From contig CACZNU010000115.1 of the NCBI GenBank assembly GCA_902782615.1, positions 1-51,712 on the forward strand: a DNA stretch of 51,712 nucleotides, given 5' to 3'. The translations under genes and the position numbers were made by a program. Below the pieces are notes generated by a model. It searched no databases. It saw only the letters and a program-made list of their open reading frames with translations, and was not told where the DNA came from. Numbering within the stretch: position 1 is the stretch's first letter; each line of letters opens with the position of its first letter. Positions 1-7,099 of this stretch are shown in pieces. The DNA comes from Oscillospiraceae bacterium. Lineage in GTDB: Bacteria; Bacillota; Clostridia; Oscillospirales; Oscillospiraceae.

Positions 1-1
1 A

Positions 2-253
2 CTGACGGAATTCCAGCTCCACGGAGTGGATAATTATGCTGGATTGAACTGGGATTTGCTACTGACCGCCAACCCGGTTCTGGGGGAGAACTACGGTATC
101 CGATTATCAAAGGGTACGGAATACGCCCTGACGATTCCATATGATTTGGATAAGCAATACTTTAGTACATACACCTGGAACCACATGAACCGATACGCAT
201 TCTACTTCCAGGTTACTGTGTACCCGATTGCAAAAGACATACAGGTGCAGTGA
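2..253 (+). CDS. Hypothetical protein, 3' part (runs off the window start)
   Basis: Frame is open from base 2 (LTEFQLHGVDNYAGLNW...YPIAKDIQVQ) to TGA at 253. No family recognised. Confidence 0.65.
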   Translation: MTEFQLHGVDNYAGLNWDLLLTANPVLGENYGIRLSKGTEYALTIPYDLDKQYFSTYTWNHMNRYAFYFQVTVYPIAKDIQVQ

Positions 254-362
254 TAAAAAATATGAGAAGGAATCATCATCTATTTCATTTTAATTGTAGA
301 TATCAGCCGTTCCTTTTTCACACTTCCATGGTATAGTGATAAAATGGAACGGAGGCGATATC

Positions 363-608
363 ATGACGGGCGTGATCTCCTGCCTGTGCAGGCAGATCAA
401 TTCCGCCATTTTGCTCAGCAGCGCCGTGCTGGCCCTGCCGGCCTGTTTGAGCTATATGCGCCTCCCGGGGCTTGACGCACTGGCGCTGGTCCGGCTGTTC
501 TCCCCGCTGGAGTGCTCCTGGGCGCTGTACGCCGGCACCGCCGTCCTGTGTGCGGGGCTGCTTGCCCTGTGCCGGTGGCTGTGGGTGAGGAGGAACGCGG
601 CGGCGTGA
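363..608 (+). CDS. Small hypothetical membrane protein (~81 aa)
   Basis: GGAGG RBS at ~351, ATG at 363, two hydrophobic segments and a basic tail. Confidence 0.55.
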   Translation: MTGVISCLCRQINSAILLSSAVLALPACLSYMRLPGLDALALVRLFSPLECSWALYAGTAVLCAGLLALCRWLWVRRNAAA

Positions 609-770
609 TACATATAACCCATAGGCAAAAGTATTTGAAGCATAGAGCGGCACAGGAATGAGAGAACGATTCATCCTTCGGTTTGGTATCCGGGGTATCG
701 GCGATGAATTGTCCTTTGCAATGGAAACGTAGAAGCATCCGCTTCAGGAAGGAAGTCTGCAAATTTCTAC

Positions 771-809
771 TTGAATTCTATCAGGAATATGATATAATAT
801 GGATAGAAT
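771..809 (+). promoter_or_regulatory. Sigma-A promoter with inverted-repeat operator, TA cassette 1
   Basis: TTGAAT-N16-TATAAT with TG extension. Inverted repeat ATTCTATC(775-782)/GATAGAAT(802-809) is conserved in copy 2. Confidence 0.75.
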
Positions 810-831
810 ATAAAGCGGGAGGTGGATTAGC

Positions 832-1098
832 ATGACGATTAGACCGTCTACAGCACTGCGGAATGAGTATTTGCAAATTTCTGCAATGGCGAAGGCATCG
901 GGGGAGCCGATCTATATCACCAACAAGGGCGAGGCCGATGGCGTGTTTATGAGCGTGGAGGCTTTCGAGCAGCGGGAGAAGATGCTGGCTCACCGAGCGA
1001 GCATCCTGGAAGCGGAGCTTTCCAGGCTGGCAGGAGCCCCGACCTACTCTGTGGAGGATGTCCGCGCACGTCTGAAGGAGAAGTACCAGAATGGGTGA
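832..1098 (+). CDS. Type II antitoxin, Phd/YefM family (copy 1)
   Basis: MTIRPSTALRNEY...GEPIYITNKGEADGVFMSVEAFE fits the Phd/YefM N-terminal fold. Overlaps the toxin start. Confidence 0.9.
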   Translation: MTIRPSTALRNEYLQISAMAKASGEPIYITNKGEADGVFMSVEAFEQREKMLAHRASILEAELSRLAGAPTYSVEDVRARLKEKYQNG

Positions 1099-1408
1099 GT
1101 ATCGTTTGCAGTTTCTTCGCGCTGCAGTAGATGATTTGGACCGGATCGCGGATTACCATCTTCAAATGGTGGGAGCTGCCTCAGCGGAAAGAATCACCGA
1201 TCAGATTCTCGACACGGTGGAACGACTGGAGAAGTATCCCTATCTCGGTTCCCTCCATCCGGACCCCGTTCTGGCATCTATGGAATACCGACGGATCGTG
1301 TCGGGCAATTATGTATGCGTGTATAAGGTCATAGACCGAACTGTCGTCATCTACCGTATCGTCAACGGTATGACAGACTATCCAAAGTATTTCTATCCGT
1401 CTGAATGA
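1091..1408 (+). CDS. Type II toxin, RelE/ParE family (copy 1)
   Basis: AVDDLDRIADY...L..YP.LG...YRRIVSGNYVCVYKV...V.IYRIVNG pattern, 105 aa, downstream of the antitoxin. Confidence 0.9.
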   Translation: MGEYRLQFLRAAVDDLDRIADYHLQMVGAASAERITDQILDTVERLEKYPYLGSLHPDPVLASMEYRRIVSGNYVCVYKVIDRTVVIYRIVNGMTDYPKYFYPSE

Positions 1409-1415
1409 AGCAAAA

Positions 1416-1453
1416 CAAGAGGAACTCTTCCGGATCCGGGAGAGTTCCTCTTG
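1416..1453 (+). terminator. Hairpin after TA cassette 1
   Basis: CAAGAGGAACTCT...AGAGTTCCTCTTG inverted repeat. Confidence 0.6.
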
Positions 1454-1525
1454 CAGGATGAAAAACCGTAAGAGACATAAAAAGGTTTGAGGAATATAGC
1501 TCGATTGTAAAAAGGAAATGATCCA

Positions 1526-1959
1526 ATGGAGGGTGCCATGTTTACACTATTTGTATCAACGTATTCAAATATTACCAATCTATTTTCGGATTTAACGGGA
1601 GATATAGCCCTTGAATTAAATCGGACTTCAAAGGCTTGCAAATATGATGTTTTGTCTTTAGATGAAGCGATTAAGCAGTTCCGCTTGTCCGATACTTATA
1701 AAGTGTTTCGCGAAGAGCATATCGGAAGATTGCACATTTATCTCTTGAATAAAGACGCAACTGTAGAACGCGTCGATTGATTCTTAGGCAAAGTTATAAA
1801 TCACTACTACGGACATGAGTTCCATTTATCAATAACGGAGATACTCCTGACGCAGAGTATATGAACTTTTTCCTAAAACAAGCTCATAGAAAAGTTGGTC
1901 GGAATGAACCGTGTCCATGTGGTAGCGGGAAAAAATACAAACGTTGCTGTGGGAGATAG
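1526..1959 (+). pseudogene. Degraded 3' part of a SEC-C motif protein
   Basis: ORF 1526-1780 continues past an in-frame TGA. A frameshift near 1816-1820 leads to ...[23 protein letters not shown] (1888-1959), a canonical SEC-C Zn motif. Confidence 0.75.
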
Positions 1960-1960
1960 T

Positions 1961-2113
1961 ATCGACATGTACGTCATGCTCGCCTGCTTAGAGGTGAATG
2001 AGATCTGCTTGAAGGTGTACCAATGACGAGATTGCTCGAACGGACCTGGTGTGGCCTCCGGGGAGATGAAATACGAAGCGATATTTGACTGGGTGATTGC
2101 CCACAGAGGGTAA
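1961..2113 (+). pseudogene. Doc/Fic toxin C-terminal remnant (copy 1)
   Basis: Reads IDMYVMLACLEVNE...TNDEIART...GVASGEMKYEAIFDWVIAHRG* across frameshifts. Copy 2 keeps the upstream Fic motif. Confidence 0.7.
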
Positions 2114-2296
2114 GGATGAACGCATGATTCCCGCTGGGCGGTGCGCAAAAGTTTTCCCTTATTTTTCCCCTTAACAGATTGAAAAGAGAAAAAACGAGGC
2201 GATTTTAGACGGTATGAATAGTTCTGAAATCATGACGGAATAAGCTGAAACAGCAATAATAGCAGCAAATAATACACAAATCTGCCGATTCGAATC
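1961..2296 (+). repeat. ~340-bp element-end repeat, copy 1 (partner 12975-13311)
   Basis: Collinear with 12975-13311. Bases 2065-2150 and 13079-13164 are identical. Similarity stops at CGATTCGAATC. Confidence 0.95.
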
Positions 2297-2311
2297 TTTC
2301 TGCCCCTGCCA
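2286..2311 (+). mobile_element. att-like junction: 3' fragment of a tRNA-Trp-like gene
   Basis: TTCGAATCTTTCTGCCCCTGCCA gives T-loop, acceptor strand and CCA resembling Firmicutes tRNA-Trp. No 5' half lies upstream. Confidence 0.7.
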
Positions 2312-2313
2312 AG

Positions 2314-2349
2314 AAAACACCCGATTTCGTATGAAATCGGGTGTTTTTT
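2314..2349 (+). terminator. Intrinsic terminator after the tRNA fragment
   Basis: AAAACACCCGATTTC-GTAT-GAAATCGGGTGTTTTTT. Confidence 0.8.
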
Positions 2350-2637
2350 GCAACTATTTGGGGCCGATTATCGCGGCACGCGGTTTTTTGATGCTCTGGC
2401 GCAGTTGCAAAGGAGCATCAATCGTGCCATCTGGTGACGTCTGTTTGGAACATTTCCGTCTGCTGCAGCATCAAAAGAGCATCACGAGGCGGGGATAATA
2501 AACCGACAAATTTGGACCACTATGCCGCTTGTTATTGGAGGCAAAAGAACGAATGTTACATAAATAACAGGCGCCGGCAAAAGAGACTAATAAAAACAAT
2601 TATAAAGCAAATCAAAAGCGGAAATCATGAAAAACTA

Positions 2638-2666
2638 TTGAACTGTAGATGAAGACATGATATAAT
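2638..2666 (+). promoter_or_regulatory. Sigma-A promoter
   Basis: TTGAAC-N17-TATAAT with TG extension, upstream of the 2689 ORF. Confidence 0.7.
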
Positions 2667-2688
2667 GTTGCCAAACAGGGAGGCGAGA

Positions 2689-3075
2689 ATGATGGCACTA
2701 CTTGATAGCTTTAAGCCATTCAATTTTAACGAGGGCGTTCCATATGTTTCAATCACGGCAAACGGTGTTACCTTCAACAAATCGGTGGTGATGAAGCTGG
2801 ATTATCCGGCATACGTCGTTCTCCTGATTGATGAGGGTGCAAAGCAGATTGCGATCAGAAGATGTGACGAGTCCACCCCTAACTCTGCCCCATTTTATAA
2901 GCCCAAAAAATCAAATGTAATCTCTGTCCGGTGGAACGGGCGTGACCTTCTAAATACTATTGGAGGAATGATGGACTGGGATTTAGCCAAGATGGGCTAT
3001 AAAGCCGATGGCCTCCTTCTGCGAGAGGAGAACGCTATGCTGTTTGATTTAACAAAGGCTATCGAGCTTAAGTAG
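2689..3075 (+). CDS. Hypothetical protein (128 aa)
   Basis: GGGAGG RBS, own promoter, globular beta-rich sequence (PYVSITANGVTFNKS...VVLLID...IAIRRC). Resembles proteins I associate with mobile elements. Confidence 0.8.
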   Translation: MMALLDSFKPFNFNEGVPYVSITANGVTFNKSVVMKLDYPAYVVLLIDEGAKQIAIRRCDESTPNSAPFYKPKKSNVISVRWNGRDLLNTIGGMMDWDLAKMGYKADGLLLREENAMLFDLTKAIELK

Positions 3076-3103
3076 TTGTCCTGCAGCCTTGGCTGCTTGA
3101 CAT

Positions 3104-3188
3104 AAAAAGAACCCATCTGAGTTGCCGCTCAGATGAGTTCCAGTTTGAAAAAGTAAATACGAGCCAAGCCGCCTATACTCTTTCAGCT
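3104..3188 (-). ncRNA. Candidate ~85-nt small RNA
   Basis: Minus-strand TTGAAA(3223-3218)-N17-TATACT(3200-3195) promoter, then terminator GAACTCATCTGAG-CGGCAA-CTCAGATGGGTTC-TTTTT. No plausible ORF between them. Confidence 0.5.
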
Positions 3189-3275
3189 AATAATAGTATA
3201 GTGTTCGTGTTTGCCTTTTTCAAGCGTTTCCGAGATTCGTCCGGAAAAAATCTGCTTGAAGGAGGTGCTGCGCTC

Positions 3276-3407
3276 ATGGGTGTTGCTTGTGGCGATGTCG
3301 TAGAGTACATCTATACTGCGTATATTACGCTTAAGAACGGCAAGCGTCTTTACGCAAGTCAGTACGGCCTCAAGGCTTTCCGCATTCGAGTAAGGCGTAA
3401 ACAGTAA
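3276..3407 (+). CDS. Small basic hypothetical protein (43 aa)
   Basis: GGAGGTG RBS, ATG at 3276, MGVACGDVVEYIYTAYITLKNGKRLYASQYGLKAFRIRVRRKQ, then a terminator. Confidence 0.7.
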   Translation: MGVACGDVVEYIYTAYITLKNGKRLYASQYGLKAFRIRVRRKQ

Positions 3408-3450
3408 ATCTTTGCAGAGAATGTAGCGGCTTCATTCTTTGTAAATCAAG

Positions 3451-3485
3451 AGGGGGAGGTGATTATACACCTCCCCCTGCTTTTT
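3451..3485 (+). terminator. Intrinsic terminator
   Basis: AGGGGGAGGTG-ATTATA-CACCTCCCCCT followed by a T-run. Confidence 0.75.
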
Positions 3486-3659
3486 CATTTTCCCCAACTG
3501 CTGACCAGGTACATTCCGTGTTCGTTTTTTCTTCATAAAGATGGGCTCTTCTTCAATGAAAGGAAAAACAATCTGTCGAACATGGAAAAGGCAGTATTGA
3601 TCTTATGCTTTTTTTATATGGAAAAACTATACACAAGCGAGTATGCGATTAACTTCTAC

Positions 3660-3698
3660 TTGCATTCTATCAGAAATATGATATAATACGGATAGAAT
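3660..3698 (+). promoter_or_regulatory. Sigma-A promoter with inverted-repeat operator, TA cassette 2
   Basis: TTGCAT-N16-TATAAT. ATTCTATC(3664-3671)/GATAGAAT(3691-3698) has the same 19-bp spacing as copy 1. Confidence 0.75.
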
Positions 3699-3720
3699 CA
3701 TGAGCGGGAGGTGGATCAAC

Positions 3721-3987
3721 ATGACAATCAGACCGTCTACAGCATTGCGGAATGAGTATCTACAGATCTCCGCGATGGCGAAGGAAACCGGAGAGCCGAT
3801 CTATATTACCAACAAGGGCGAGGCCGATGGCGTGTTTATGAGCGTGGAGGCCTTTGAGCAGCGGGAGAAGATGCTGGCTCACCGGGCAAGCATCCTGGAA
3901 GCGGAGCTTTCCCGGCTGGCAGGAGCCCCGACCTACTCCAAAGAGGATGTCCGAGCACATCTGAAGGAGAAGTATCGGAATGGCTGA
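3721..3987 (+). CDS. Type II antitoxin, Phd/YefM family (copy 2)
   Basis: 5 of 88 residues differ from copy 1. GGAGGTG RBS before ATG at 3721. Confidence 0.9.
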   Translation: MTIRPSTALRNEYLQISAMAKETGEPIYITNKGEADGVFMSVEAFEQREKMLAHRASILEAELSRLAGAPTYSKEDVRAHLKEKYRNG

Positions 3988-4297
3988 GTATCATTTGCAG
4001 TTTCTTCGATCCGCCGTAGATGACCTGGACCGGATTGCGGATTACCATCTTCAGATGGTGGGAGTTGCCTCGGCGGAGCGGATCACCGATCAGCTTCTCG
4101 ATGCCGTGGAGCGCCTGGAGAAGTATCCGTATCTCGGCTCCCTTCATCCGGACCCGGTTCTGGCGTCCATGGAGTACCGGCGGATCGTGACGGGCAAGTA
4201 TATCTGCGTGTATAAGGTCATCGACCAAGCCATTGTCATCTACCGCATTGTCAATGGCGCGACGGATTATCCGAAATATTTCTATCCAACTGAATAA
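3980..4297 (+). CDS. Type II toxin, RelE/ParE family (copy 2)
   Basis: 14 of 105 residues differ from copy 1. Confidence 0.9.
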   Translation: MAEYHLQFLRSAVDDLDRIADYHLQMVGVASAERITDQLLDAVERLEKYPYLGSLHPDPVLASMEYRRIVTGKYICVYKVIDQAIVIYRIVNGATDYPKYFYPTE

Positions 4298-4304
4298 AAC
4301 GAAA

Positions 4305-4342
4305 CGAGCTGCGCTCTTCCGAATCTGAAGGAGCGCAGCTCG
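4305..4342 (+). terminator. Hairpin after TA cassette 2
   Basis: CGAGCTGCGCTC...GAGCGCAGCTCG. Confidence 0.6.
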
Positions 4343-4457
4343 CGTATTCTTTGATTAGGTTGCCGTCCCCTGTTATGAGTTGCTTCGTTGAAAACGTCAG
4401 CTTGCTTCCCTTTCTTCGATATGTGTGGTATACTAACAAAACCCCGGAGGTGATATC

Positions 4458-5009
4458 ATGCTGCTCTATCTCTCCATGATCGAGTCGGACGGCGACCGAT
4501 CAAAGTTTGAGATCATATATCGTGAATATCGGGACCTCATGCTGTACATTGCCAACCGGATCCTGGGGGACACAAGGGACTCCGAGGACGTCGTGCACCA
4601 GGCGTTTTTGAAAATAATCGGCGTTTTGGAAAAAATTGAGGAGCCCAGGTGTCACAAAACGCGGTCGCTGTGCGTTACTATAGTTGAGAGGACCGCAATC
4701 GATCTGTATCGCCGCAGGCAGCGGGAGAACACGCTCTCCCTGGACGAGGAGTATGTCAACGTATCGGATACGGCACAGATCGATACAGCGGCTGACCGCG
4801 CCGACCTGGCGGCGGCCATTGCGTCTCTGCCCACACGGTACCGGGAAGTGCTGCTGCTTCGCTACGACAGCGGCTTTTCCGACCGGGAGATCGCAGGGCT
4901 GCTCTCCATGTCAGAGGAGAACGTGAGAAAAACGATCCAGCGAGCCAAGGAACGGCTGGGCAGGATGATAGAGGAAGGAGGCACAGAACAGCATGCAGAT
5001 TACCGATGA
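4458..5009 (+). CDS. ECF-type RNA polymerase sigma-70 factor
   Basis: 183 aa. Region 2 (DSEDVVHQAFLKI) and region 4 (LPTRYREVLLLRY...SDREIAGLLSMSEENVRKTIQRAKERL). Extended -10 TGGTATACT and GGAGGTG RBS upstream. Confidence 0.93.
   Translation: MLLYLSMIESDGDRSKFEIIYREYRDLMLYIANRILGDTRDSEDVVHQAFLKIIGVLEKIEEPRCHKTRSLCVTIVERTAIDLYRRRQRENTLSLDEEYVNVSDTAQIDTAADRADLAAAIASLPTRYREVLLLRYDSGFSDREIAGLLSMSEENVRKTIQRAKERLGRMIEEGGTEQHADYR
4650..4683 (+). promoter_or_regulatory. Intragenic copy of the putative ECF promoter motif
   Basis: TGTCACAAA-N14-CGTTACTATAG, with both boxes and the spacing identical to 5697-5730. Confidence 0.6.
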
Positions 5010-5679
5010 AATGCTGTACCAGCATGCATCACAGGCACGGGATCTGTGGCTGGATACGCTTCCTCAAAGGGACGAGATTCCGGATTTTCCTTGTTCTAAA
5101 CAGTTTCAACGGAAGATGGATCGTCTGCTGCGCCGGCAGCGCCGCTCTCCGCAGGTCAACCGCATTTTGCATAGTATGAAGCGGATCGTGGCCGGCCTTC
5201 TGATTGCCGTTACGATTACCTTTGCCGGATTGATGACCGTGGAGGCGTTCCGGGAAAAGGTCATTGAAGTCGTGGTCCACATCTATCACGAGCTGACCCG
5301 ATACGACTATAGCAGTGACAAGGACGTTGCAGTTCTGCCGGAATTCCATTTCGACTATCTGCCGGAGGGAATGGCTCTCGTGATGGATGAGAGGGCAAGT
5401 GATCATGTCAGAAATCTCCAGTTTGAAAATACATCTGGACAGTATCTGGATTTGATGGCTACCGCCACTACGAATGATGGAACAGATACCCAGATAATAA
5501 ACACAGAGGAAGCACAGATGACGACTTGGACAATACGGGGAGCCGAAATGACCGTCGTCTCAAAGGATGGAACAAATATCATCTTATGGGTGGATGAGAA
5601 CAATCACTATACAATCCAAAGCGATCTGAGTCTCACCGAGTTAAAGCTTATTGTTGAAGGCCTATCCACACATCCCTAA
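4993..5679 (+). CDS. DUF4367-type membrane-anchored protein, probable anti-sigma factor
   Basis: Overlaps the sigma gene. Cytoplasmic N-terminus (FPCSKQFQRKMDRLL), one TM helix, VEAFREKV, then extracellular YLPEG...IILWVDENNHYTIQSDLSLTELKLIVEGL. Confidence 0.8.
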   Translation: MQITDEMLYQHASQARDLWLDTLPQRDEIPDFPCSKQFQRKMDRLLRRQRRSPQVNRILHSMKRIVAGLLIAVTITFAGLMTVEAFREKVIEVVVHIYHELTRYDYSSDKDVAVLPEFHFDYLPEGMALVMDERASDHVRNLQFENTSGQYLDLMATATTNDGTDTQIINTEEAQMTTWTIRGAEMTVVSKDGTNIILWVDENNHYTIQSDLSLTELKLIVEGLSTHP

Positions 5680-5696
5680 AAAATTCAATCGAATAC

Positions 5697-5730
5697 TGTC
5701 ACAAATCCACCTCCCCATTCGTTACTATAG
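5697..5730 (+). promoter_or_regulatory. Putative ECF-sigma-dependent promoter
   Basis: TGTCACAAA-N14-CGTTACTATAG ~30 bp upstream of ATG 5761. CGT-type -10 box as in ECF promoters. No sigma-A promoter evident here. Confidence 0.65.
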
Positions 5731-5760
5731 GTAGAACGGATGAAGGGAGGTGGTTTTATT

Positions 5761-6198
5761 ATGAAAAGGCTGAAGAGAATTTTCAACTTGTTCTGTCTGT
5801 TCCTAGTCATCTGCCCTATGTGTCTGGCCTTTGCCTCGGCTGAAGACCTGGACACTCCTGTACACGAAGATCCCCCGATTGATCTGCAGTATATCTTCCA
5901 GGCGGACTGTAATCTTAGGATTCCAGGCAGTTCGGCAAGCATCTATAGCGATGTGGCTGGTACCCCTGGCTCCACCACAAAATGCAAAATAGAACTGTCG
6001 CTGCAGAAGAAGACGCTTCTCTGGTGGAGCACAGTGGAGACCTGGGAGAAGACTGATCTGAACTGGAAAACGTCCTTGTCCGCGTCAAAATCTGTAAACA
6101 GCGGAACGACATATAGAGCAGTAGCTGTTGTCACGGTATGGAATGGGAGCAATTCGGAAACGACAACCGTGATTTCTGCATCAGTTAAAGCTCCATGA
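5761..6198 (+). CDS. Secreted beta-rich hypothetical protein (145 aa)
   Basis: GGGAGGTG RBS, signal peptide ending AFASA, Ser/Thr-rich beta-strand pattern. Confidence 0.8.
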   Translation: MKRLKRIFNLFCLFLVICPMCLAFASAEDLDTPVHEDPPIDLQYIFQADCNLRIPGSSASIYSDVAGTPGSTTKCKIELSLQKKTLLWWSTVETWEKTDLNWKTSLSASKSVNSGTTYRAVAVVTVWNGSNSETTTVISASVKAP

Positions 6199-6316
6199 CT
6201 TTGTCGACTTTTAGAATGGGAGATGATTCCAATGGGCTGCTTGCACAGAGGGGTTACCCACAGAATTCCAATGGCTACCGCGTGAAACAACTCTTTTTTA
6301 CAAGGAGGAAAATGAG

Positions 6317-6928
6317 ATGAAATGTAACAAAAGAACCCGCGCCCTGGCAGCTATGCTGATGGCACTACTGCTGGTAGCAACAGCCGTCACCCCCGCATTT
6401 GCGGCAGGCGTAACAGGAACGTATCAATGGGACGACGGAACCGTACACTATACCGCCTCTGTGACCATTAGCAACCCGAGCGGCGGGAGCACCGGCTTGG
6501 CATACCCCACCTCCGGGAACGGTGTTGTGCATCACTATGAAAACACTGCGCCAGGCTATGGCACAACCATCACTTTGTCATCCAACCGATCTATCACGAG
6601 GACTTGGACTGCAACTGGGATTCCCGCCGTCTACCAAGATAAAATAAAGCACGCCTTGGCAAATTGCGGCTTTGAAACACCGCATTACTATGTCTTGGAG
6701 GCTGGTAACTCTGTATTTGTGCCCGGTGCTAGGCCGACTGGCTATTATGCCATCGCAAGACAATATCATACACCCAACGGAATTTGGAGTGTTGTCTCCC
6801 AGCCGCTCAGCAAGCAGGGAGCTACTTCAGGCGAAAGCGCAGATGGGATTAATACCCTAGTTTCAAGCGGAAATATTTACTATGCGCTAGGGTCTCTGTT
6901 TGGTTCATATACCTACAAGGCTCTCTAA
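6317..6928 (+). CDS. Secreted Gly/Ser/Thr/Tyr-rich hypothetical protein (203 aa)
   Basis: AAGGAGG RBS, signal peptide ending PAFA. Confidence 0.8.
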   Translation: MKCNKRTRALAAMLMALLLVATAVTPAFAAGVTGTYQWDDGTVHYTASVTISNPSGGSTGLAYPTSGNGVVHHYENTAPGYGTTITLSSNRSITRTWTATGIPAVYQDKIKHALANCGFETPHYYVLEAGNSVFVPGARPTGYYAIARQYHTPNGIWSVVSQPLSKQGATSGESADGINTLVSSGNIYYALGSLFGSYTYKAL

Positions 6929-6969
6929 CGATTATTGCTGAATAACGGTACTTCATTCCGCATAAACGA

Positions 6970-7004
6970 GCTGGGAGCCGGGGCAATATACTCCGGTTCC
7001 CAGC
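6970..7004 (+). terminator. Intra-operon stem-loop (mRNA stabiliser or attenuator)
   Basis: GCTGGGAGCCGGG...TCCGGTTCCCAGC with no T-run. Confidence 0.5.
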
Positions 7005-7099
7005 AGCAATCATTACCTCTTCATCTAAAGAGCGGGTTGAGTTTTGAGGCATATTCTTGCCATTAGGTGTTTGCCAGGCATAAAAAGGAGCAGAAAGCT

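Noticed and set aside
2286-2311. Possible intact tRNA genes here and at 13301-13326
   Set aside because: Only the T-loop to CCA is present, with no D or anticodon arm or matching 5' acceptor strand.
1873-2353. Minus-strand ORFs 1873-2148 and 2171-2353, and the similar 12935-13327
   Set aside because: They are antisense readings of the doc remnant, the arm region and the tRNA fragment (WQGQKDSN is the reverse translation of a tRNA end).
2375-2428. Imperfect hairpin GGCACG..TTGATGCTC/GAGCATCAA..CGTGCC
   Set aside because: No promoter, T-run or recognisable oriT/RNA motif to give it meaning.
4684-4926. Out-of-frame ORF starting right after the internal promoter motif
   Set aside because: No protein-like features; most likely a chance frame within the sigma gene.
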